A stretch of DNA of 64,000 bases, taken from positions 35,092,001 through 35,156,000 of the forward strand of contig OZ024745.1 of NCBI GenBank assembly GCA_964016885.1. The letters run 5' to 3'. Below, piece after piece: positions 12,673 to 26,008 of this stretch (position 1 is the stretch's first letter; each line of letters begins with the position of its first letter). The position numbers were made by a program, and so were the translations under genes. Below the pieces are notes generated by a model. It ran no database searches. It was given only the letters and a program-made list of their open reading frames with translations, and was not told the origin of the DNA. This DNA comes from Eledone cirrhosa (Eukaryota).

Positions 12673-12724
<52 letters not shown>

Positions 12725-14155
12725 ACTTACATATAAATATATATATGTGTGTGTGTATGTTTATAGATATATAGATATTTTAGGCACAAAGCCAGCAATT
12801 TTGAGAGATGGGTATCATTTGATTGTATCGACGCTTGTACTTGACTGGTACTTTTACCGGAAGGATGAAAGGTAAAGCTGACCTCGTTGGAACTTGAAAA
12901 GAGAATGTAAGAGGTTCGTAACGAAATACTGTAATGTATTTGTTCGGACGTACTAAATATTTTGCTAATAATAATTGTTTCTACTTTTGGCACAAGGCCA
13001 GCAAATTACCCAGTGCATTACTGGTACTTTATTTTATCGACCCCGTAAGGATGAAAGGCAAAGTTAACCTCGGCGGGATTTGAACTCAGATCATAAAGGG
13101 CCGTAACTCTTTGCTGCAAAGCATGGCGTCCGACCCTCTACAGATACTGCCAATAATAATGGATACTTATTTAGTCACAAGGCCAACACATTTGTGGAGG
13201 GAAAATCAATTAAATCGACCTCAGTGCTTTATATTATCGACTCCGTAAGGATGAAAAGCAAAACTAACCTCGGTCGGATTTAAACTCAGAACGTAAAGGG
13301 ACGTAACTGAACGCCGCAAAGCTTCTTATCTGACGCTTTACTGATACTGCCTTTATACCGCCTTACCACTTTAATAATATTAAAAAGAAGAACAACAATA
13401 ATTATTGCTTTTACATTTGGCAAAAAGCCAGCAATTTGAATGGAAGGAGATAATTGACTAATTCAACCCCAGTACTTGACTGGTACTTTATTTTGACGAC
13501 TCGGGAAATACAAAAGGCCCAACTTATACAGTTAGAATTTGAAATATCAGCAAAGGATATTATGTTTGTTGGATGCTCATCTAAGCCTCCTTCTCCAGTA
13601 TATGTAATTATAATAAATCATATCTTTTCTGTTATTGACTACAAAAGACTAAGCTTTTAGGGACAGTACATGTATTTGATAAAAGATATTGGTGGCAGAG
13701 TGATTACATCGTTTAGTGAATTCCAATGAAGACACAGCACAGGGCTTTACATTTCATGGTTGGTTGAAACACTTAATCATATCTACCCCAGTACAAAACA
13801 GGTATTTAGTCTATGGAACAAGAAAGAAGAGAAGGTGAAGTGGAAACTAGCGAAATTTGTCCTCAGAACAGAAAAGAACATAATAAATTCACATTGCATG
13901 GTATTAATTCTGATGCTACACTCCTTGGTTTTGCTAATCCACCAACGCCCTTAACAATAATAATGTTTTCTGCTTCAAGCACAAGGATGATCTGTGAAGA
14001 GGAAAGTCGATTATATTAACCACAGTACTTGACTGTAACATTATTTTATCAACAATATGAGAAGAAAAAGCAAAATTGATCTCGGTGAGATTTGAAAACC
14101 GAGTGCAGAGGCATTTTAATCTGACGCCCTAATGATTCTGCCATTTTCTCGCCTC
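11868..14155 (-). mobile_element. array of ~8 co-oriented tRNA-derived SINEs (family 1)
   Basis: Repeated GGCACAAGGCCAGCAA...ACTGGTACT..ATTTTATCGACCCC..AAGGATGAAAGGCAAAG..ACCTCGGCGG.ATTTGAACTCAG starting ~11868, 12128, 12782, 12978, 13172, 13418, 13690 (decayed), 13978. B-box GAGTTCAAATCC on the minus strand. Confidence 0.85.
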
Positions 14156-14169
14156 ATAATATTATTTTT

Positions 14170-14640
14170 TCTGTTTATTTTTTAAAGGTTTCTCCGTTGC
14201 TAGGCGAAGCATATTAATTGGCCTCAGCTCAATATCTGATCTCAGATGTTCAATATATCAGTGCCAGTGATGGTAGAAATTTTGGCACTGTCTATTAAGT
14301 CAGGAATCTCAAGGCTTTTGATGAAAGACGTAAGATGTTTAGGGACCGTGTTTAGTGCCCCAATGACGATTAGCAAGACTCTAGTCTCTACATGGTGCTC
14401 ACGTCTAATAGTGCCTGTATAATCTGCATACTCATTGATCTTTTCCATTTCCTTTTCAGCCACATTGTGGTCTTGAGGGATCGCAACATCAATTTGAGTT
14501 CACCGTTTGTTGGGGAGGAGGTTGTTTGTTTTTACAACAACGTCAGTGCGATTGTGTTGGACTTTGTTTGTGGTCTCGATATCAAGGTCCCCAAATAACT
14601 TTACTCCCTCACTTGATAGGCAGGATTCAAGAGGAGTACC
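14170..14640 (-). pseudogene. R4/Dong-like LINE restriction-like endonuclease remnant
   Basis: KLFGDLDIETTNKVQHNRTDVVV...IDVAIPQDHNVAEKEMEKINEY...IVIGALNTVPKHL matches the WD/RPD/D/KxxKY/GALG layout of the 63.5 kb copy. Confidence 0.8.
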
Positions 14641-15798
14641 TTCGTAACACAAAATAAAAATAACAACAACAAAATAAGAATAAGAAATTCATACGAAGAA
14701 AACATTAAGGATGGCACATGATAAAACATTGAGTGTGTGTGTCGGTGTGTGTAAACAGGAGAGATAACGAAAAGAAAACAGAAATTAAAGATAAAATTAT
14801 AACAGAAAATTCCTCAAAAAGGAGGAGAGTTACGACGGCTACTCGCAGAAAACCTCCACAAAAGCCATGGTTACCTTGACTGCAAGGGCCCTTTCATAGT
14901 TCTTGTGCTCCGATTTACAGAGCAGGTTCGTTCACTTAGGATCGTGTTCACGACTCTCGTTCACCTTTCAACAAAATGGCTGCAAAGCAGCACACTCTCA
15001 TTGTGATTTTCACTTCAAGTGAAACTTGAAAAGGTTAATGAGTTGTTGACCTAAGAGGAAACAACTTCAGTATTTACAACAACAATAATGATTTCGATAT
15101 TGGTTGCAATAGTATTTGAAGTAGTAGGAGTATTAATAACAACAATTGTAATAATGGCGACAACACCAATAATAATATTAAAAAAAAAAACTGATGACAA
15201 AGAAGTTAAAAAAATGACGCAAATATCGAGCCCAGTACTAAATATTTTATTGGAAATAAAAGATGAAAAGAGCATACATAAACCATAAGAGTAATATTCC
15301 GAAGTCTGATGCTACGTCATTCATTTAGGAACAGAGAGTTTTGTATGGTGGCATTCATGCGTGACAATTGATACAGACACACGCACTGACACACACTCAT
15401 ATATATACGCACATATATACACACACGTACACAGTCACCACTTTCAAAAACTCCTTTCCCTAAATGTTATTATTGCCAAGTGTGTCGTCTTTTACATTTT
15501 TATGTAGATTAAATTTTTTCGAATCGATAATAGTAATAAAAAATAATTATAGTAACAACGATAATGATAATGTCAATAATAATGATAATAATAATCATAA
15601 TAATAACATTCATTTGAATTCTTCTTTTAGGTATTGTTCAGTGCTGCCAAGCCATTTTTGGGAATTCATATACATAAACATATGTATATATGTCCATATA
15701 TATATTATTGGTTTGGTCTTCAGTAAAGGGTTGCGCCCAAGGCCTTTACAGGCCTTCTGAGACAAAAGACAGTCAGAGGAGGAGGAGGAGGAGGAGGA

Positions 15799-15835
15799 GG
15801 GGTGAGGTCAATGACCCTTATAAGGTCGACCTTAT
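15799..15835. promoter_or_regulatory. candidate nuclear-receptor response element cluster
   Basis: AGGTCA-A-TGACCC (IR1) at 15805-15817, followed by the perfect 16-bp palindrome ATAAGGTCGACCTTAT at 15820-15835. Confidence 0.3.
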
Positions 15836-16155
15836 CTTCTAAACATTGGTTTTGCAATCGCTTTTTATGCCAAGAGAGATGGTTACATGAAGATTAAAAA
15901 AGATTAAAGAAGGCACAAGCTGGAAACTGTAACAGACTTATGAACAAAGTAATTGTATATACGCATACATACATACATTTATAATAATTGCATGCATCCA
16001 TCCATTCGTACGTACATGATTAAATAAATTTCAAAATACATCTACATAATTGTACATCTATACATATAAACCCACGCACGCGCACACACACACACACGCA
16101 CACACACACATATATATTTATATACAAACATATACCTATGTTTATATATGTATTC

Positions 16156-16195
<40 letters not shown>

Positions 16196-16489
16196 TATGT
16201 GTGTGTGTGTATACACACCGTTATAGATATATATGTGAGTGCGCATGAGTGCTTGTGTACTCATACACATATAAATTGCCTGCAGCCAAATTTGAAATAA
16301 ATTACATTCAGTTTAATAAATATGACAGCTCTGTAACTGGAATTAAATCATTTCTTTGGTTAACGTTTTGTTGTTTTTGAAAGAAATCATGCAAAATATA
16401 CGACAAAAATATCAACTTCATAATAACCAATGACGTTTAACAGAGATACTGGCTCTTAACTGAATGAGGGTGAAGTGTGTAGTAGGTTC

Positions 16490-16845
16490 AGTGGACCACA
16501 TAGTTGAGTGGTACATACTTTATCAACATCGAAAGGATGAAAGTTGACCTTAGCTAGATTTGAACTGGGTATTGAAAGGGACGTAATTACATACAGCATT
16601 TTGTCAGTGGCTTTAACGATTCAATCACCATCCTTAATAGTGAATTCCAATTTAGGCACAAGTCCAGGGAATTTGTGGTAGGGCAAAGTTGATTAAATCA
16701 ACCCAGTACTTGACAGGTATTTTATAAACTCCAGAAGGATGAAAGACAAAGTTGACCTTGGTGGGATTTGAACTGAGCATATAAGGAGCCAGAACAAATA
16801 ACGTAAAAGCCTTTTATCCAACGCTCCATCATTTTCCATCTTCTA
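16490..16845 (-). mobile_element. two family-1 SINE copies
   Basis: GAAAGGATGAAAG..GTTGACCT..GATTTGAACT motif twice. Confidence 0.7.
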
Positions 16846-17770
16846 TAATAATACTTGTTGCTGTTTTTATTGCTGTTTAGCCACAGGTCAACTTTGGTCA
16901 TACAGTCACAACACTTACCAGTGTTCAGTCGTGATGATCCCGCCGTTATGTACACCTTATTGTTCAAAGAATCCTTTAAAACTGCAGTGAAGGATCTGAA
17001 GGATATTCAAGTGCTATTCCTAGCAGGTCAATTGGCTATGTTGATGCTTTCTTGTTTCATTAACATTAATATTGTTGTTGTTTTGTAGCCATTGGTCATC
17101 TCTTGATCCACCAGGCAAATGATTAAAAGCATAAAAGCTAGGACCTTCATTTTCTTCATTAGATAGTTCATCACATTCAATTTGTCTTTCCCTCTTTTCA
17201 TTGACGGTAGATTATGAGATGTCAGTGATCTGGCTGCTATTTCCAGTAGGTCGAGCAGCAAGAGAGATGGTCTCTTGTTGGCTCCTGAGCATTAATAGTA
17301 ATAGGGATAATAGTAGAGCGGGAAAAAAACAAAACAAAACAAAAAACAACGCCCTTCCTCCCCAAAACCCAACAAACAAAAGGAAAACTATTAAGTGATA
17401 GAAGCAAGAAATTTGTAACAAACATTTTCTTTCGCATTCTGCGAGATTTTATACGAACTGTGTTGCTTGTATGCTTATTTGCATCATTTTTCATTACTCC
17501 GATCCACTTTTATTAAATGACGATAATATATTAATAAGGCCCCTAAAAGGGTAAACAAATAAATAAACAAACCAGCTATCGAAGCAGCCGTAATAGATGT
17601 TATCCTGTTTTACAATTTAATAAAAGAGCTGGTTTTAAAGAAAGCCTCTCATTCACATATACACAGAAATGCTTTGTACGTATAATAGAACAATTCAAAT
17701 ATATCAGAATGTATAACAAAGTGTGCATACATATTCTAATATATATGCATATGTATATATATATATATAT

Positions 17771-17950
17771 ATATTGTTATGCTTTGGAAGGGTCATGTTG
17801 CCAATAAGAAACACACGCACCAGTTGCTTTCACTCCAATTTATTATATATGCGTGTGTTTCTTATTGGCAACATGACCCTCCCAAAGCATAACAATATCG
17901 GTTTCAACACACGTTTTCAGATAAAGAATCTTGCTAAACAAATTCAGAAA

Positions 17951-17953
<3 letters not shown>
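17771..17953 (+). mobile_element. (TA)n-insert family D, short asymmetric palindrome
   Basis: Arms 17771-17819 / 17850-17898 plus a 55-nt tail; homologous to the ends of 38013-39051. Confidence 0.8.
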
Positions 17954-18015
<62 letters not shown>

Positions 18016-18035
18016 TATATATATATAATATATAT

Positions 18036-18127
<92 letters not shown>

Positions 18128-18192
18128 TATATATATTTATATATATATATACATATATATATACATATATATATACATATATATATATATAC

Positions 18193-18271
<79 letters not shown>

Positions 18272-18390
18272 AATTATGATATATTTAGGTATATATAAAA
18301 ATATATGAAACCTAAGAAATAATCAATTCGACTTATTTTCCAGTTTATTTTCCATCTCTCTGTATAATATATATATATATATATATATAT

Positions 18391-19047
18391 TTAAAAGAAT
18401 AGAGGTGTAACACACGAGTTATGATATATTGGTAAAAGGAAAAGAAAATGCTGACAAATTGTTCCCAGTGAAAAATAGTTTAATTAGGAATAAGTAAAAA
18501 TTAGTAGTAGTATTGGTTAGTATTCAGTTTTGGTTTTAAGTTTTACCGATTGCGCATTTCTAATGCTTTTCAAAAATAATTTTGAGATAGAGCGCCCGTG
18601 ATGTTTGCTCTAATCTGATTAGTTTTGGAAATTCTACCTGTTTTATGAAAAAAAAGGTGGCTCCAGATGTATGAAAAAATTCTTGTGGTCAAAACAATTT
18701 TGATTGGTCGGTAGAGGTCATGTGAATGTTAAAAATTGATTTTGCGCCAAATGTAGGTTTGTCTCGGCTGATTGAGAAGTCACTGAAAAATAAGTCTTTC
18801 AAGACAAATATGTGTGTGTGTAGTAGTAGTAAAGAGGTTCGTTGTTGTGATAATGGTCAGCAGGGATGTGTGTGCGAACGGCAGCCTGCTGACAGTTCAA
18901 ATGCCTATTAAGACTAGTGTGTGTGTGTGTGTGTGTGTAGCAGAGCACACACACACACACACTTGTCTTAATAGGCATTTGAACTGTCAGCAGGCTGCGG
19001 TTCGCCCACACAACCCTGCTGACCATTATCACAACAACGAACCTCTT

Positions 19048-19101
<54 letters not shown>

Positions 19102-19501
19102 ACACACACACATACGCACACACATATTTGTCTTGAAAGACTTATTTTTCAGTGACTTCTCAATCAGCCGAGACAAACCTACATTTGGCGCAAAATCAAT
19201 TTTTAACATTCACATGACCTCTACCGACCAATCAAAATTGTTTTGACCACAAGAATTTTTTCATACATCTGGAGCCACCTTTTTTTTCATAAAACAGGTA
19301 GAATTTCCAAAACTAATCAGATTAGAGCAAACATCACGGGCGCTCTATCTCAAAATTATTTTTGAAAAGCATTAGAAATGCGCAACCGGTAAAACTTAAA
19401 ACCAAAACTGAATACTAACCAATACTATTACTAATTTTTACTTATTCCTAATTAAACTATTTTTCACTGGGAACAATTTGTCAGCATTTTCTTTTTTTTT
19501 A

Positions 19502-19510
<9 letters not shown>
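18391..19510. mobile_element. 1.1-kb asymmetric palindrome in (TA)n with decayed hammerhead
   Basis: Arms ~18424-18937 / ~18946-19510, tail 18391-18423. Decayed core ttt-TTGAAAA-GCAT tagaa ATGC-GCAA-CCGG-TA-aaac at 19358-19395. Confidence 0.85.
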
Positions 19511-19560
<50 letters not shown>

Positions 19561-19562
<2 letters not shown>

Positions 19563-19680
19563 CGAAGGAAGTGTAGTAAAGAACCAGATGGACCATAATG
19601 CACCAGAGTACTCAATACTTAGGGTAGTAGAGTGGGTAATAGGAAAATGTTTAACCCCCATGGGGTTAAACATTTTCCTA
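19561..19680 (-). mobile_element. family A asymmetric palindrome
   Basis: 79-nt tail plus 19-bp arms TAGGAAAATGTTTAACCCC / GGGGTTAAACATTTTCCTA. Confidence 0.85.
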
Positions 19681-19702
19681 TATATATATATATATATATA
19701 TA

Positions 19703-20609
19703 CGAGGGCAATCCCAAAAGTAAGGTCTCCAAAGCGATGGGGACGCAGAGAAACTGTTCGGACGGCTGTTGGCAACACTGTTGTGATTGGTGCTTCCTTC
19801 ACTCCCAAACAAGCATGCGCGCGCTTCGCTGGGATGCTCAATCTTGGCTTGGCAGCCGTTGAGAATAGAGCGCCTGTTGACCCCTACCGCCAAGTGCGAA
19901 GTTCGCGCAGTTATTCGGTTTTTGAACGCAAAAGGCGTTGAACCGATTGAAATTCATCGCCAATTGACGGAAGTGTATGGACAGTCGTGCATGGATACCA
20001 AAAACGTTCGCAAGTGGTGTAGAGAGTTTACAGCCGGTCGTACTGAAATTCACGACGAACAATGGAGCGGGAGACTGTTAATTTCCGACGAGACAGTCGC
20101 AAATGTTGAAGAAAACATGCGTAAAGATCGGCGGATCACTTTGGATGCTCTCTGCATTTTGGTTCCTGAAGTTTCTCGAAGCACCATCCACAGGGTTTTA
20201 ACGGAAAAATTGCGACTGTCTCGTCGGAAATTAACAGTCTCCCGCTCCATTGTTCGTCGTGAATTTCAGTACGACCGGCTGTAAACTCTCTACACCACTT
20301 GCGAACGTTTTTGGCATACATACACGACTGTCCATACACTTCCGTCAATTGGCGATGAATTTCAATCGGTTCAGCGCCTTTTGCGTTCAAAAACCGAATA
20401 ACTGCGCGAACTTCGCACTTGGCGGTAGGGGTCAACAGGCGCTCTATTCTCAACGGCTGCCAAGCCAAGATTGAGCATCCCAACGAAGCGCACGCATGCT
20501 TGTTTGGGAGTGAAGGAAGCACCAATCACAACAGTGTTGCCAACAGCTGTACGAACAGTTTCTCTGCGTCCCCATCGCTTTGGAGACCTTAGTTTTGGGA
20601 TTGCCCTCG
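19703..20609. mobile_element. palindromic mariner derivative (two 5' halves head-to-head)
   Basis: TA|CGAGGGCAATCCCAAAA terminus at both ends. Arms 19703-20102 / 20210-20609 encode the mariner N-terminal HTH EVRAVIRFLNAKG..EIHRQLTEVYG..VRKWCREF..GRT..DE..SGR; no DDD domain. Confidence 0.92.
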
Positions 20610-20696
20610 TATATATATATATTTGCATATATATATATACATGCACACACATGTAAGCACACGTACACACACGCGCACATACATATATATCTTTAT

Positions 20697-20906
20697 TATA
20701 TATAGAAGTGACTTCTGCAGGACTATAACTGTTTAATTCCTACATAACCATCAGGATGTTCCCGATGATTTCCTACAAATGAAACAGTTCTACTCTTGTA
20801 GAACATTATTTATAAATATAATATAGATGCTTACAATCTACCAATATATTGAGTAATTTCTTTAATTGTGGTTACCCTCCGACACTACTCGGGTACCCCC
20901 CCCCCC
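20697..20906 (+). mobile_element. family C asymmetric palindrome, old copy
   Basis: Diverged homologue of 42699-42890 with the same fold-back point and a tail containing TATTGAGTA...TGTGGTTACCC. Confidence 0.65.
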
Positions 20907-20933
20907 ATATATATATATATATATATATATATA

Positions 20934-21036
20934 TGGGGTGTCTTCAAAAAATGTATACATACTTCAACAGCATTCTAATAAAGATTGCCTGTACAGGTAA
21001 TCAAAGTGTATATATACATGTTTTTGGGACACCCTG
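20934..21036. mobile_element. ~100-bp Tc1/mariner MITE
   Basis: Homologous to 58932-59032; right TIR TTTTTGGGACACCCTG|TA. Confidence 0.8.
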
Positions 21037-21334
21037 TATATACGCATAAATGTTCCTGTGCCTTTCGTTTCAATCAGTACCATGTACAATGTTTACAGAT
21101 AAGAACTCAATATTCGCAATAGGTTTACAAATTTCCTTTTCAGAAACTGACAACATTTTCAAAGGTTTGCCTGAAACAAGCTTCTCAAACTATATTGTGA
21201 CGGCTGTGAGACTGCATTTATATAGATCGATGAAAGAAATGCTGCTATAGATATAGGGGAAACATGTTTGTTTGGTGTAACACGAAGGGAGGGGGATTCA
21301 AATAGGGAGAGTGCCAATATTATGGTTTTTAATT

Positions 21335-21525
21335 TCCACACAATGCCAGCAATTTATGGGGCAGGCAGGAACAGTAAATTACATTGACGTATGTACTTGA
21401 CTGGTCCTTTATTCTACTGACTCTCAGAAGGATGAAAGGCAAAGTAAACCTCAGTGGCGCATCAATTCAGAATATAAAGCGCTAGAACAAATACCGCAAA
21501 TAATTTGTTCAACGTTCTAACGATT
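21335..21525 (-). mobile_element. family-1 SINE
   Basis: TACTTGACTGGT...AAGGATGAAAGGCAAAGTAAACCTC core. Confidence 0.7.
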
Positions 21526-21987
21526 CAACAGAAAGAGATAGATACCGAATATATGTTTGTGGGCGCCATTACTTGAAATAAGTAGGGAAAGGAAGATGTT
21601 ATAATGTGGATATACTAGGAGGGATTTAAATTATTTGATCAACTTTAATCGTTAAAATAAACTTTAACATCAACAAAGTCCTTGTTCGAATTATGATCAG
21701 TATTTACATGCGCACATTTGGCACCTTTTGCATTAGTTTTTCTCATTTAACATCGTTCCGTTCGTTTCTGTCACACTATACAGCCATGTTCCTTGTATAT
21801 CAATTAGATTTTCTTCTTCATCAATCGCATAAATCTCACAACCTTCCGATACAGTTTGAGAAACCTGATTCTGGCAAAAGTATTTTAGACACACAAACAC
21901 ATACGCGCGCACACACATACACATACATATCTGAAATATGAATAACATATATAATTATATAAATACATATAAATATACATTCAGGTT

Positions 21988-22086
<99 letters not shown>

Positions 22087-22088
22087 GT

Positions 22089-22143
<55 letters not shown>

Positions 22144-22166
22144 CAAAAATATATATATACATACAC

Positions 22167-22200
<34 letters not shown>

Positions 22201-22359
22201 GCATATATAATATACATATGCATATATATATATATATATATATGTACTCGTATATATATATATATATATACATATATATATGCATATATATACATGCATA
22301 TATATATATGTACTCGTATATATATATATATATGCATATGTATATATGTATATATATAT

Positions 22360-22616
22360 ACGAATAGATGTCCTCATCTTGTTTTGTTTTTAACACAACG
22401 TTTCGGCTGATGTACTCTCCAGCCTTCATCAGGTGTCCCAATGATGTTATTATTAACGTTTGTTCAGGTCACTGGGACACCTGATGAAGGCTGGAGAGTA
22501 CATCAGCCGAAACGTTGTGTTAACAACAAAACAAGATGAGGACATCTATCCGTCCAATGTATATAAAGTAAATAATTCCTCAAAAATATAGAACAGTCTC
22601 AAAAATATAGAACAGT
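22360..22616 (+). mobile_element. hammerhead-bearing asymmetric palindrome in (TA)n
   Basis: Arms 22360-22440 / 22473-22553, tail 22554-22616. Confidence 0.85.
22477..22520 (+). ncRNA. minimal type I hammerhead ribozyme (mirror copy on - strand ~22396-22436)
   Basis: ACAC-CTGATGA-a-GGCTG gagagtacat CAGCC-GAAA-CG-TT-GTGT. Confidence 0.8.
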
Positions 22617-22682
22617 ATGTATAGATATATATATATACATATATATGCATATATACATATATATGTATATATATGTATATAC

Positions 22683-22792
<110 letters not shown>

Positions 22793-22893
22793 GCATATAT
22801 ACATATATATGTATATATATATGTATATACATATATAAACATATATATATACTTTGGGACATATATATATAAACGACATATATATATATATAT

Positions 22894-23040
<147 letters not shown>

Positions 23041-23353
23041 TAACCGTTCTTCACGCACTATGATACTTACACAGTAACAGAAAGAATGACCTCTCTTCAA
23101 TCGAAACTCATCTTCGTTTAAAACTGTTTTATATTCAATGCAAAGGTACAAAGTAAAATACTTTCTTTTTCTAAACATATACCGATTGAGAGAATGGTGG
23201 AAAGATGCAGAGATGTAGAAATGTCAGCATAAATTAACGAGTAACAATTTTGCCGATCCTTATGAAAGAAAGGTTTTTATTTAATCGAAGAATTGCAAAG
23301 ACTGCTGTGCACCTGCCTAAAGACTTGGTGCAACAGCAGCAATATATATATAT

Positions 23354-23574
23354 AACGAAGGAAGTGTGGTAAGGAGATGGACCATAACGCACCAGAGTAC
23401 TCAAGACTTAGGGTAGTGACTACCTTGATTAAATCTTAACCATTTAACATCTCAGGGTATGTCATGTATCATTATATTTTGTCTGATGAGGACGTACTGT
23501 TGTACATCCGAATTATGTATAATAAAATGTAATTGATCAAAAGAACATCTATTTTATTAATATTTATATTCTTA
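23354..23574. mobile_element. chimeric insert: family A tail (-) fused to family B arm (+)
   Basis: 23354-23417 matches 19561-19628 (small deletion). 23421-23574 matches 36383-36535, including a hammerhead (CTGATGA at 23483; GAAA mutated to GAAT). Confidence 0.85.
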
Positions 23575-23725
23575 TATATATATATATATATATATTGTAA
23601 TTTCTTAACACTCTTGAATGATCTATATTGAGAAATTATTTTTTATTATAACATACTTAATATAGAACGCTCCTTTTCCTTTATCTCTTCTACAGAATCT
23701 CTTGACACACTACACCCACACACAG

Positions 23726-23854
<129 letters not shown>

Positions 23855-24961
23855 GTGTGTGTACAAACAACATGCGTGCGTATGTATGCACCCACACATA
23901 CAATGTATATATATATGAAATATATGTTGATTATAAGTAGAATGAGGGATAGTACTAAATACATACTTTAGTATGTAAATATAATTATTCAGCTGACGCC
24001 TCCTACCGTTTACTTCATATTTCACGAACCTTCGATCATTTAGACATCAATGTTTGACTGTAATACGAAGCATGCTATTGCTTATTATGGCGTCTGAATC
24101 TTATTTTTTCTATGGTTAACTTAGACCACGTAAGTCGCACGTGAAGGACATGATTCCCAACCGAAAAAATAAAGTTTCAAAAAACGTTCAAAGAGAAAAT
24201 TATGTTTGATTTAATAGCAATATACGACATTTGGCTTTAAACCATAGCTTCACTTCCCGTATGAATTTTTAGATGAACTTTGTGTCAAATAGTGCACGTA
24301 AGAACTTGTCTTTCATAAGGAAGGAGGAGTGTAACCGTATAAGGTCAGCGAGAAGAAATGAACATTTTTCGTAGATTTCAGTGTGGTTATATGAATCGTC
24401 AGAGCGTTGGATTATATTTGACAACTCCTCACCTCTCTGAAGTCAAATGCAGCCGAGGTCACTTTTGCCTTTCATCCATTCGGGGTCGATAAGTATCAGT
24501 TTAAAGGTGGTGAGCTGGCGGAATTGTTGAAAAGTCGGACGAAATGCTGTTCCAGCTCTGCGTTCCAAGTTCGTATTCTACCTCTTCTCACCAGAAAAGC
24601 GATGGTGCTTCTGATAGGAGTTGTGACCGACAGATAGTTTCAGCAATAGAAAGAACAATGGAAATATAGCTTATTTGGTCTGATCTGACGATCGGCTCTT
24701 TTCTTCTCTTCTACCTATACGCGTCGAAGCGCTTATGGTTTATATTGAGTAGGTTATATTTTTTACATGTTTGCCTTTTGATAAGCACTGTTAGAAATAA
24801 TAAATTTGAAAGCTTGAATCTTGTATTTGCCTGTATTTCACGTGGTCTTTGTTATCAAATAGAACAATGAGCCCATAAATAGCCATCTGTTAAGGACATA
24901 GTTGCATTACAGCCCGACATGGTGGTCTGATATATCTCTGGTTAGTGTAGAAGGCATCAGC

Positions 24962-25007
<46 letters not shown>

Positions 25008-25112
25008 TACATGAGTGAGCATATATATGAGTATACATGTATTTTCGTATCTTTATATTTATTTTTATTTTTTAATCAATTATTTGTTATTTTAAAATTA
25101 ATTGTTTGTGAC

Positions 25113-25237
25113 AGAAAATATTTAACTTTTGACGAATAGAAAATATTTAACTTTTAACGAATAGAAAATATTTTACTTTTAACGAATAGAAAATATTTAA
25201 CTTTTAACGAATAGAAAATATTTAACTTTTGACGAAT
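25113..25237. repeat. minisatellite, 5 x 25 bp
   Basis: AGAAAATATTTAACTTTT(G/A)ACGAAT five times with no spacers. Confidence 0.95.
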
Positions 25238-25969
25238 GGCGAATGTACGGACAATATTGATGCGACAATCTTCATTAAACTCTTAATGTTTTGAATTTGA
25301 AAGAAAATTAAACAACATTAGTTTTGTAATTAGATTTGACTTTAGAAAAACGAATACCTAGTTTGAATAACAAGAACAAAAGGGGCAACAACAACCCGAA
25401 AACAGTGACAACAACAACGCCAACAATAATAACTATATCAACAAGAATAACGATAAAAAACATCAACGATTATAATAAGAAAAACAGCAACAACAGCGCT
25501 AACAAGAAAACAAAAAATTATTGAAGGCATATAAAAATATAGGTTTGAAAGAAAATATCAAGCAAAAATATAAATCAATCAACCGGTAAAATAATATATA
25601 ATTAAAACAATATTATAAGATGGTATGAAGTAAATAATAATAAAAAGATTCCTAATATTTTTGGCCTTTGTATCCCCATAAATATTGCCATATTTAGAAA
25701 TGAGATTAATAAACCAAAATTTGAAGAAATATCACGTGGTAAAACAATCACACACACACACATATATATATATAAATACATACACACACATATAAATACA
25801 TACATGCATACACACACATACACATATATAAATATATACATATATAGATACATATATATATATACATATATATATACACTCACGCATACATATGTACATA
25901 TTTATACAGATATATATATATATATACATATATATATATCTATATACATGTATATATATGTATATACAT

Positions 25970-26008
<39 letters not shown>

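Noticed and set aside
25113-25237. Five 25-bp repeats as a CRISPR array
   Set aside because: No spacers, no cas genes, eukaryotic context; a simple minisatellite.
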